64,000 bases of DNA from Deltaproteobacteria bacterium (GTDB lineage Bacteria; UBA10199; JADGCS01). This document shows positions 10,181 through 18,504 of this stretch, piece by piece. The stretch is from assembly GCA_024233595.1 (NCBI GenBank), contig JACKPK010000004.1, positions 77,180 to 141,179 of the forward strand, read 5' to 3'. The notes beneath the pieces are model-generated. The model worked only from the letters and a program-made list of their open reading frames with translations. It had not been told where the DNA came from and searched no databases. Within the stretch, counting starts at the first letter, position 1. Each line of letters starts with the position of its first letter. The position numbers and the translations under genes are program-made.

Positions 10181-10293
10181 CTTGACCTAAAAAGCCAATT
10201 CGCACGGCACTTTGAAGAAACATCCAAGGCCCTTTGGCCGATAAACACCATAGATTCTAAATTGTTGGATTTTTAGAAAAACAAGGAAAGCCC

Positions 10294-11103
10294 ATGAGAT
10301 CATCTCCTTATTTTAAAAACTTTTTCAAAATGATTGCCGTGTTTGCGATTGCGATCACCGTTTTGAACTGCGGATCGGCAAGCAATTCAACAAATCAAAG
10401 CAGCAACAACACATCATCCACTTCGACAACAGACAGCAGCCAATCATCAAACTCATCCTCATTCACTAGCAATGTCACCATGAATTTCTTCCTGAGTCTT
10501 CTCATTGATGCCGAAGACAGTGACTTGGATTTAAACATTGAACTTCCCGAGTCTTACAGTTGGCCACTCAAAGCCATCAGTGGAGGCAGCCTACAAGCCC
10601 GTGCTCAAGATTTTCCCACCGTTGTTTATCGTGTTTGCGCTCCCGACACCACCACCACAGGTTGCGACACCATCAACGATTCACTTGGTGGTTTAGATGT
10701 CGACATTGTGATTGATTCCTGCGGCCGCTTGGTTGCTGATTCTCAGTGCGGTTCAACAGACACAACTCTTTTTAGTGGCACCCTGACTGAATCAGGAGGC
10801 CTGCTCATTAAAAGCATCAGCATCCGCATGCGCGCTTTTTTGGTCACCGATGAAGGCAACGGTTACAAGGCCGATGTCACCGACGAAGGTCTTTTGGTGA
10901 TGAACCGCTTGCTCATCACTCTCACCACAGGAACCGCCACCCGCGGCTCTTTAAGTGGCACAGGAGAAGCGCTGTCGCAATCTGGCGATGCCACCTTGGT
11001 TTCGGTTGGCACCATTGGCTCCTCAACACCGGAGCTTGGTGGATCGGACTTTTTATCCACGCTCGAGGTGAACTTTTCGGAAAATCTTTTTGATTACCTC
11101 TAG
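10294..11103 (+). CDS. Hypothetical lipoprotein with Ser/Thr/Asn-rich linker
   Basis: Signal peptide ending in the lipobox-like VLNC|GSAS, then a low-complexity stretch SNSTNQSSNNTSSTSTTDSSQSSNSSS. No recognisable domain. Confidence 0.6.
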   Translation: MRSSPYFKNFFKMIAVFAIAITVLNCGSASNSTNQSSNNTSSTSTTDSSQSSNSSSFTSNVTMNFFLSLLIDAEDSDLDLNIELPESYSWPLKAISGGSLQARAQDFPTVVYRVCAPDTTTTGCDTINDSLGGLDVDIVIDSCGRLVADSQCGSTDTTLFSGTLTESGGLLIKSISIRMRAFLVTDEGNGYKADVTDEGLLVMNRLLITLTTGTATRGSLSGTGEALSQSGDATLVSVGTIGSSTPELGGSDFLSTLEVNFSENLFDYL

Positions 11104-11151
11104 GCTTTTCGATTATCTTTCCGGTCGTATTCATCGAATCAGGAAACATTT

Positions 11152-12516
11152 GTGCCTAAATCTCTGCTACAAAAATGGAAAGAAATCTTAAGCATCGCTT
11201 GGCCTCTGATCATTGCCAATGGCTTTTGGAATATCCAACTCACAATTGATCGCGTTTTTCTGGGATCCCACGCAACGGAATCCTTAGGTGCCGCTATGGC
11301 TGTCATGGGCGTTTTTTGGACACCCATGGCACTTTTGCAACAAACAGCATGCTATTGCACAACCTTTGTTGCGCAGTATTTTGGCGCAAAAGAAAATCAA
11401 AAAATAGGCGCGAGCCTTTGGCACGCCCTTTACATCAGCATCATTGGTGGGATTCTCTTTTTGTTTTTAATGTTCATCTCCCCGTACTTTTTTAAATGGA
11501 TTGGGCATTCACCAATCATTCAAGGATTAGAGAGCAACTACTTTAATGCTCTTTGCTACTCTGCCCTGCCAACTGCCATGGTTGCCGCATTCAGTGGATT
11601 TTTCACTGGCCTTGGGAAAACACGAGTCGTTATCCTCATCAACGCATCGGGTCTCCTGGCCAATGCTATTTTTGATTACCTCCTCATTTTCGGAAAATTG
11701 GGTTTCACCGCTTACGGGATTGCTGGAGCAGGTTACGCCACATCAATTGCCGCGTACGTGAGTGCCTTTGTAGGAGCTGTCCTTATATATAATGAAAAAA
11801 ACGAAAGCTTGTATTGCGTCAAATCAGCATGGCGCCCCACGCGCGATTTGTTTTACCGTTACTTTCGTTTTGGATTACCCAGCGGATTGCAATGGGCTCT
11901 TGAAGGCCTGGCCTTTTCGGTTTTTCTCATTCTCATGGGTCGTTTCCAAAATGGTGATGCTGCCTTAGCAAGTAGCAGCATTGTCGTCACAGTCATGATG
12001 ATCGCCATCTTGCCAGCCATGGGAATCGCACAAGCAGTCATGGTTCTTGTTGGCCAGCACCTTGGCGAAAAAAAGCCCGAGCTTGCCGAAGAAGCCTCTT
12101 GGAGCGGTGTGCAAGTTTCCAGTATCTACATTGCTTGTGTGGCGTTGAGCTTTTTGCTCATCCCAGAATTTTATCTGAGTTGGTTTCAAAACTCACAAAA
12201 CCTTGAGCTCTGGAACGAAGTCAAAACCATTGTGCCCTATCTTCTCGCTTATGTCGCTTTTTTCACGTCGTTCGACAGCCTCAATTTAAATCTGTCTTTT
12301 GCTTTAAGAGGAGCTGGTGACACACGCTTTGTCTCCCTGGTTGCCCTCATTGTGCCTTGGCCTTTGATGATCATGCCAACCTACCTGACAAGCCATTTTG
12401 AAAAAGCTGTTTATTGGGCCTGGGCTTTTGCTAGTCTTTTCATTGTGTCTCAGGCGATTATTTTTTGGCGACGCTTTGTCGGCGGCAAATGGAAAAGCAT
12501 GAGTGTGATCTCTTAA
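11152..12516 (+). CDS. MATE family efflux transporter
   Basis: 454 aa, about 12 TM segments, N-terminus ...ILSIAWPLIIANGFWNIQLTIDRVFLG typical of MATE/NorM-type proteins. GTG start. Confidence 0.85.
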   Translation: MPKSLLQKWKEILSIAWPLIIANGFWNIQLTIDRVFLGSHATESLGAAMAVMGVFWTPMALLQQTACYCTTFVAQYFGAKENQKIGASLWHALYISIIGGILFLFLMFISPYFFKWIGHSPIIQGLESNYFNALCYSALPTAMVAAFSGFFTGLGKTRVVILINASGLLANAIFDYLLIFGKLGFTAYGIAGAGYATSIAAYVSAFVGAVLIYNEKNESLYCVKSAWRPTRDLFYRYFRFGLPSGLQWALEGLAFSVFLILMGRFQNGDAALASSSIVVTVMMIAILPAMGIAQAVMVLVGQHLGEKKPELAEEASWSGVQVSSIYIACVALSFLLIPEFYLSWFQNSQNLELWNEVKTIVPYLLAYVAFFTSFDSLNLNLSFALRGAGDTRFVSLVALIVPWPLMIMPTYLTSHFEKAVYWAWAFASLFIVSQAIIFWRRFVGGKWKSMSVIS

Positions 12517-12611
12517 GTTTTTTTGAACCTTTTTTAGCCCCATCCCGTCTTTACAAACTGATGAGCAACCGCGTCGACATTCGACAACGAACCTGCTAGC
12601 CTGGATGCACT

Positions 12612-15600
12612 ATGAATCCTCTTGCCAAGTTTTCTGTTAACAACACTCTGCTTGTGAACATGTTGTTTGTATTTGTGATCATCGCCGGACTCTTGGCAAT
12701 GAACGACATGACCCGCGAAGCCTACCCCCACTTCAGTTTTGACATGGTGGTGGTGCAAACAACTTACCCTGGTGCCACTCCCAGCGAGGTCGAAAAACTC
12801 ATCACCATCCCCATTGAACGCGAGCTCAAACAAATTGATGATGTCAAAGAAATCAGCTCTGTGTCAGCTGAAGGCTATTCGCGCATTGCGCTTAAGCTTG
12901 AAGAAGACACGCCAAACAAAGACCGTGTCATTAACGAAATCCAAAGAGCCGTCGACCGTGTCGATGATTTACCCGACGACTTGCCCGATCGCCCTGTTGT
13001 TGACGATTTAAAAACGCAAGATCGCCCTATCATCGAAGTCTCCTTATCTGGAAAACTCGAAGAACAAGAATTACGAGACCACGCCTTGGCTCTAGAAAAA
13101 AAGATCTTAGACATCACCGATGTGGCGAGCGTAGACCGCAAAGGCTATCGCGATCGCGAAATCTGGGTCGAAGTCGAACCGGAAACCCTCAAACAAAAGC
13201 AGCTTTCTTTGCAAAGCGTTGGCCAAGCCTTACAGCAAAAAAACCAGGTCATTCCTGGTGGCAAAATTTACCTGAACCATGTTGAATTTAACCTGCGCAC
13301 CACAGGTGAATTTGAAACAGCAGAAGACGTTGCCAAAACCGTGGTCCGCGCCAGCTCTTTAGGCAGTTGGTTGCATGTGGATGACGTGGCAAAAGTCTCT
13401 GACACTTTTGCAGAAGAAACCGTTCTTTACAAAACGCAAGGCACGCGCACCATCAATTTAATCGTCATCAAAAAATCAGATGGCGACACCATCGAGATTG
13501 TCACAGCACTCAACGACATCATCAACACCTATAAAAAAACAGCCACCAGCAATTTAAAAATACGCACCATCAACGACACATCTTATTTTATTAATCGTCG
13601 CCAAGATGTATTAGTGAACAACGGTATCCTGGGACTCATTTTGGTGGTTCTTTCGCTCTTCACCTTTTTGTCAGCTCGCACCGCCATCGGTGCCTGCATC
13701 GGCATCCCCACTGCCCTATTATTAACTTTCATCTTCATGCATTCCTACGGGATTTCGTTTAACCTGATCAGCATGTTTGGGCTCATCATGGTGCTTGGCA
13801 TGTTGGTGGACGAAGACATTGTGATTTCCGAGAACATCTTCCGGTACTTGGAACAAGGTTATTCGCCCAAGGAAGCCACATTGCGCGGGGTCACAGAAGT
13901 GGCTAAGCCTCTTGTGATCACGGTTCTCACAACTGTCGCTGCTTTCTTGCCTTTGCTTTACATGAGCGGGGTCATGGGCAAATTCATTGCCAACATTCCT
14001 GTTGTGGTGATTTTGGTTTTATTAGCGTCCCTGGTCGAGGCCTTGGTGATTTTGCCTTCTCACATTTGCGAACTCAATAGTGGCGTGTTCGAAAAGAAAG
14101 TCAGCAAGAAAAAGTCTCATCATCTTTTTGATCAGATTGTCGCGCGCTACAAAGCAATCTTGCATCACATGCTCAAATACCGCTACCGCTACAGTCTTCT
14201 TCTTATCGCGATTTTTATCCAATCCGTTTGGATGGCGGCCTCAAACCCATCGCGCTTTCGTTTGTTCCCTGACACTGGGGTCGAACGTTTTCGCATCGAT
14301 ATCGAAACCAAGGTTGGCGATTCTCTTCAGACCACTTCGCAAAAAGCCGAACAACTCGAAAAGCTTGTGGCCAGTTTGCCAGCCTCTGAGCTAGAAGACT
14401 TCACAACAGAAATCGGCATGACGGGTGGTGGTCACGGCGCGCAAACCAAGTTAGCATCTAACGTTGGCATGATGGAAGTTTACTTAACCCCCGAGGAAGA
14501 TCGCGAGCGCAGCGCTCAATCCATTATCGACGATCTCCGAGAGCAATCCAAAGATTTTAAAGGCTTCAAACAAATTAATTTTCACAAAAGACGCCCCGGA
14601 CCCGATGTTGGGTCCGCTATTGAGATCCGCATAGCCGGGGAAGATTTTAACACCCTGCAAACCATGACGACACAAATCGAAGCTGGACTCAAAAAAATTC
14701 AAGGGGTGCAAGACATAGAAAACGACTACGACTTAGATAAAGATGAATTCATTGTGGAAGTTGATTTGGTGAAAGCCGCGCAAACAGGCTTGTCTGTGCA
14801 ACGCATTGCTTCTAGCATACGCAATGCCTTTGATGGTTTGGTGGCAACCACCATTAAAAGCACCGAAGAAGAAATTGACGTTGTGGTAAAACTACCCGAG
14901 CGCTTTCGCTACAGTCAAAAAACATTAGATGACTTATTGATTCCCAATGACTCCGGACAACTCATTTCCTTAGCTCACGTGGCGCACTTTAAAAAATCCA
15001 AAGGCCTACTCGCTGTGCAACATTTTGAAAATGACCGCACCATCACCGTTTCAGCCAACATCAACAAAGATGTCGAAGTGTCTGCCATTGCGGTTAGCCA
15101 ACAACTCGAGCCATTGGTTCAAAAATTAGAAACAGACAACCCTGGTTACCAAATCACCTTTGGTGGAGAAATCGAAGAAACCCAAGAGTCCTTGCAAAAT
15201 TTACAACGCGCTTTTTATTTTGCTGGCGCGTTAATCCTGCTCATCTTGGTCAGCATGTTCGGCTCCTTGACTCAACCTTTTGTCATCATGCTCACGATCC
15301 CGTTTTCAATCATCGGTGTGATCTACGCGTTCTTCTTACATGGCGAGGATTTTAGTTTTATGGCTCTTTTGGGCGTTGTTGGACTCACCGGAGTGGTGGT
15401 GGATAGCGCTGTGATCATGATTGATTTTATCAACCGCTTGCATGCCGAAGGCAAAGCCTTAACGGAAGCCATATTAGAAGGAGCCGCCACGCGCCTGCGG
15501 GCTATTTTCTTAACCTCACTCACCACCTTTGTGGGCATTATTCCTGCTGCTTACGGCATTGGTGGCAGTGACCCTTTTATTAAGCCCATGGCCTTGGCTT

Positions 15601-15764
15601 TAAACTACGGCATCATTGTGGGATCATTGGTTACGATTTTTTACGTGCCTGTGTTTTTGTATATTGTGGAAGATATCAAAGGCCTTTTAAGGGCTCCAAA
15701 GCTTTTTCAGAAATGGAATCAAACTGCCCCATGCGATCATCAACAGTCGCAAAAAGATGATTGA
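12612..15764 (+). CDS. RND efflux transporter permease (AcrB/AcrD/AcrF family)
   Basis: 1050 aa. N-terminus ...FSVNNTLLVNMLFVFVIIAGLLAM...YPGATPSEVEKLITIPIE, two large periplasmic loops, and a 12-TM topology with the typical ...GLIMVLGMLVDEDIVISENI and ...GLTGVVVDSAVIMIDF segments. Confidence 0.9.
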   Translation: MNPLAKFSVNNTLLVNMLFVFVIIAGLLAMNDMTREAYPHFSFDMVVVQTTYPGATPSEVEKLITIPIERELKQIDDVKEISSVSAEGYSRIALKLEEDTPNKDRVINEIQRAVDRVDDLPDDLPDRPVVDDLKTQDRPIIEVSLSGKLEEQELRDHALALEKKILDITDVASVDRKGYRDREIWVEVEPETLKQKQLSLQSVGQALQQKNQVIPGGKIYLNHVEFNLRTTGEFETAEDVAKTVVRASSLGSWLHVDDVAKVSDTFAEETVLYKTQGTRTINLIVIKKSDGDTIEIVTALNDIINTYKKTATSNLKIRTINDTSYFINRRQDVLVNNGILGLILVVLSLFTFLSARTAIGACIGIPTALLLTFIFMHSYGISFNLISMFGLIMVLGMLVDEDIVISENIFRYLEQGYSPKEATLRGVTEVAKPLVITVLTTVAAFLPLLYMSGVMGKFIANIPVVVILVLLASLVEALVILPSHICELNSGVFEKKVSKKKSHHLFDQIVARYKAILHHMLKYRYRYSLLLIAIFIQSVWMAASNPSRFRLFPDTGVERFRIDIETKVGDSLQTTSQKAEQLEKLVASLPASELEDFTTEIGMTGGGHGAQTKLASNVGMMEVYLTPEEDRERSAQSIIDDLREQSKDFKGFKQINFHKRRPGPDVGSAIEIRIAGEDFNTLQTMTTQIEAGLKKIQGVQDIENDYDLDKDEFIVEVDLVKAAQTGLSVQRIASSIRNAFDGLVATTIKSTEEEIDVVVKLPERFRYSQKTLDDLLIPNDSGQLISLAHVAHFKKSKGLLAVQHFENDRTITVSANINKDVEVSAIAVSQQLEPLVQKLETDNPGYQITFGGEIEETQESLQNLQRAFYFAGALILLILVSMFGSLTQPFVIMLTIPFSIIGVIYAFFLHGEDFSFMALLGVVGLTGVVVDSAVIMIDFINRLHAEGKALTEAILEGAATRLRAIFLTSLTTFVGIIPAAYGIGGSDPFIKPMALALNYGIIVGSLVTIFYVPVFLYIVEDIKGLLRAPKLFQKWNQTAPCDHQQSQKDD

Positions 15765-16683
15765 GCTTGGCGTTGATCTGAACCTGAATTTGCCCAGCCT
15801 GAGTTTGCGATTGGTTTTTAACAATGTCGTTGCCCTCTAAAGACAAGCCCTTGTTTCTTAAAAACGACTGATCCAAATTTTTTGAGAGCTCGCGAAATCC
15901 TTTAAGGTGAAGTTGGTATTTGTCTTTAATTTCTGGCAAAAACACTTCGTCAAAACGCTGATTCACCCAATCGAATAATTGCAGATCTATGGCAAAGGCT
16001 TGCTTGAGCTTGTCTTGCAAATCTTGTGGTAATTGATCAACCAAACACGATTTTTTCTTCACGCTAAAATTAACCCGTTCCGAAATGGGCAGCATGTGCC
16101 ATTCGCAACGGTCACAAAGTAAAAATAAAAACTCGTTGATGCGTTCTAAAGTTCCAAAAAAATCGATCTTATTTTTAATGGCCTCTTTGGCTTGATCCAA
16201 AAGCGCCTTGTCATCTGTTGGGGCAAAAAAGTTTTGATCATCGTTGATGGGATTGGGATCTCTTTTAAAATCTATGGCGTTGTCATCTTGCAATAAGGCC
16301 ATCCAACGAGTTTGGTAGTTCACCGATTCTGGTAATTTTCTACAAAATTCTTCGAACTCAATGCGCAAGCCTTCTGTGTTACACAACCAACTGTAAAAAG
16401 ATTCCACCCAACGCAAAGGATTACGGAATGTGGTGAAGGTTCTGCAAGGACGGTCTGTAAAACGCTCGGCTTTGCGCGGCGCTTCTACAAAAATAAAATG
16501 ATGCTCCATCCCCAATTCTTTGGTGTCGGGTATGAGCTTGCCCCAGCTTAATCCCACCGTGTTGGTGTAACGCCTGATTGTATTGCGCACGCTGGAACTG
16601 CCTGTTCGCGGGATGCCATAGTGAATCCAATAAGGTGTTTGGGGATCATTTGACCGAGGGATTTTAAAGAAAAGAGATTGCAT
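15676..16683 (-). CDS. Sulfotransferase-family protein (putative)
   Basis: IHYGIPRTGSSSVRNTI resembles the 5'-PSB loop ([HI]-P-[KR]-[TC]-G-[ST]-[ST]) and TFRNPLRWVESFYSW resembles the 3'-PB motif (R-x-P-x-x-R-x-x-S-x-Y). The last 89 nt overlap the convergent RND gene. Confidence 0.55.
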   Translation of the reverse strand: MQSLFFKIPRSNDPQTPYWIHYGIPRTGSSSVRNTIRRYTNTVGLSWGKLIPDTKELGMEHHFIFVEAPRKAERFTDRPCRTFTTFRNPLRWVESFYSWLCNTEGLRIEFEEFCRKLPESVNYQTRWMALLQDDNAIDFKRDPNPINDDQNFFAPTDDKALLDQAKEAIKNKIDFFGTLERINEFLFLLCDRCEWHMLPISERVNFSVKKKSCLVDQLPQDLQDKLKQAFAIDLQLFDWVNQRFDEVFLPEIKDKYQLHLKGFRELSKNLDQSFLRNKGLSLEGNDIVKNQSQTQAGQIQVQINAKLNHLFATVDDRMGQFDSISEKALEPLKGL

Positions 16684-16820
16684 CCAATTTTTGTACCAGG
16701 GCTTTTTTGATGTGTCCAGAAATTGGGTGTATGGGCCCAGGCAAGCGTTTAGGCATTTAAGCTCTACTGCTCAAATTGCTCACCTGATCTAATGTCTTTT
16801 ATGCGGCAAGAGAAAGTAAT

Positions 16821-17102
16821 TTAATAAACTTCGTCGTGAGTTCCCACGGTTTCAAGCAAAATCGCTTCAGATTCTTCATGCTTTACGAATTTAAAAATGA
16901 TGCGCAAATCATAGCCAGCACTTGCTGCCCAGGAATCTGATAATGGACCTGTTAATTTATGAGTTCTTAACGAATGTTGAAAGGCATCTTCTTCTAATTG
17001 AAGCAAACACATTTGTAGGTTTTCAGTTTGGTTTGGCCGCTTTTTAAGATATTTTCTAGCAGCTCTAGTGAAAGCCGTTGAGCTGATGAGCTTTCTTTTC
17101 AA
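16821..17102 (-). CDS. Type II toxin, RelE/StbE (YafQ-like) mRNA interferase family
   Basis: 93 aa: ...FTRAARKYLKKRP...LRTHKLTGPLSDSWAASAGYDLRIIFKF...ILLETVGTHDEVY, the canonical RelE/StbE pattern (HKL.G.L.g.W...v..d.RIIf......I.L..iGtHDEVY). Confidence 0.8.
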   Translation of the reverse strand: MKRKLISSTAFTRAARKYLKKRPNQTENLQMCLLQLEEDAFQHSLRTHKLTGPLSDSWAASAGYDLRIIFKFVKHEESEAILLETVGTHDEVY

Positions 17103-17314
17103 GAAATGATCTCCTTGAAAACAGAGTTTGCATCACCAACAGAGCAGTTTCCTTTTTTGAACTCTTCATTAGCCTCATGTACGTCTTTGGCAAGACGCAA
17201 TCTTCTGGCTTCGATAAGTCTTTTTTGCAAAACCTCTAGTAATGTTTCTTGTTCATCAAAACTTAAGCTTGAGGCTTCATCTAATAAACGACCGATTTGA
17301 TTAGTCTGTGACAT
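17099..17314 (-). CDS. Putative antitoxin partner of the RelE/StbE toxin
   Basis: 71-aa helical, acidic ORF directly upstream, with a 4-nt ATGA overlap onto the toxin. LSFDEQETLLEVLQKRL resembles the small addiction-module component type. Assignment is mainly by position. Confidence 0.6.
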   Translation of the reverse strand: MSQTNQIGRLLDEASSLSFDEQETLLEVLQKRLIEARRLRLAKDVHEANEEFKKGNCSVGDANSVFKEIIS

Positions 17315-17446
17315 GTCCTTATTTTAACTCATTGGAACAAATAGGAAAATCTTTTAATTTGTCTTACCCTTGTTGGAAAATGTTAAACACTGTTATCCCT
17401 GATAATCATTAGGTTTTAATGTCTAACAAAGAAAAAACATGTGAAA

Positions 17447-17483
17447 AATGTACGTACATTAAAAATCAAAAGTACGTACATTT
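17447..17483. promoter_or_regulatory. Two GTACGTAC-core palindromes (candidate operator)
   Basis: AATGTACGTACATT (17447-17460, perfect 14-bp palindrome) and AAAAGTACGTACATTT (17468-17483), lying between the divergent TA operon and the 17691 ORF. Confidence 0.4.
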
Positions 17484-17549
17484 AAATCTCCTGATCCACT
17501 GGTCTAAATGATCAAATTTGGAAATTTAGGATTTGTGTCTGGAGACTCG

Positions 17550-17650
17550 TAGTGGTCGCTCCCTCCACAGGCGGACACAGCGTGAGCGACCATAATTTTC
17601 TTGGCCGTTCCTACATTTTAGTGAATAACGAAGAATTAAGAGTGAATATT
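17550..17650. repeat. Palindromic repeat modules (locus B), related to locus A
   Basis: The string tagTGGTCGCTC...GAGCGACCAtaattttcttggccgttc is shared with 2421-2471, but B has 20 extra nt in the hairpin loop. The AT-rich module at 17615-17644 is the reverse complement of 2520-2563. Confidence 0.7.
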
Positions 17651-17690
17651 TTTCACGCAACTTCTCCAGGAATTTAGCGACAAACACTTC

Positions 17691-18488
17691 ATGAAATTGA
17701 CCTCAGTAACCATGCCTAGCCCAGTGGCACCCGCACTGGATGTAAGTAATCTACCTCAAGATAAGCTTGCTGAGCATCTACACGCCACGCGTTCCTGGGA
17801 TTTAAACAATATTTTAAAAATGGGTTTCCAAGGTCTGGCACCAATTACGGGCACAAAAAATATCTATCCCGGTTGGGCCATTTTTGACGTGAGTCACATC
17901 ATAGACCGCCACCTTGTTCAACAAACCTACGATGCCCTCCCTAACATCACGGAAACAGAATCTAGCCAGCTAGTCCAAAACTTGATCTCGGGAACAATCA
18001 CAGACAAAGCTGGTTCTTTAGTAAAACACCCACAGGCCGTTGTTAATACACCTTTACCTCTTGGGCTTTTATCAGTGATTCACTTTGTGATGGGTTTTCT
18101 GAATGCTGGGATCCCTAATATAAATGCCTATTACACTACAGACAGAATATTTACAGCTCGAGATATTTTTTTACGACGTAGTAATGGAGAACAAGATATC
18201 CAACCCACTGCAATTCATCAGGACCGCATGAGTCGGTTCACCATCAATGTGAACCTATTAGGAGATGGGACGATCCTTTACCCAGCATTGGAAGATGACA
18301 AAGCCGACCTTTCTCATCCCATTCAAACTTCAGAAGGACAATTTGCCATCTTATCAGGGGGCCAACGCGGGAAAGAATGTCGTAGAGGAATTAATTTTCC
18401 TGGGTGGCATGCAGCACCAAGAGTCACACGACCACGTTTAACTTTAAGTTGGACGGTGGCACATGTGCCGATTCATCAGCAGGCTTAA
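17691..18488 (+). CDS. Hypothetical protein, possible DSBH/2OG-Fe(II)-oxygenase-like (or DUF1826-like) fold
   Basis: 265 aa. Contains AIHQDR (HxD), then GWHAAP (distal His), then RPRLTLSW (R-x-x-x-S), spaced like a facial triad plus a 2OG-binding Arg. Pattern match only. Confidence 0.4.
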   Translation: MKLTSVTMPSPVAPALDVSNLPQDKLAEHLHATRSWDLNNILKMGFQGLAPITGTKNIYPGWAIFDVSHIIDRHLVQQTYDALPNITETESSQLVQNLISGTITDKAGSLVKHPQAVVNTPLPLGLLSVIHFVMGFLNAGIPNINAYYTTDRIFTARDIFLRRSNGEQDIQPTAIHQDRMSRFTINVNLLGDGTILYPALEDDKADLSHPIQTSEGQFAILSGGQRGKECRRGINFPGWHAAPRVTRPRLTLSWTVAHVPIHQQA

Positions 18489-18504
18489 TAAATTAAAAGA
18501 GCTC

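Noticed and set aside
16684-16712. sigma54-like TGGTAC-N5-TTGGA on the minus strand upstream of the sulfotransferase-like gene.
   Set aside because: The critical -12 GC is GG, and the element overlaps the start codon itself, leaving no room for a transcript leader or start.
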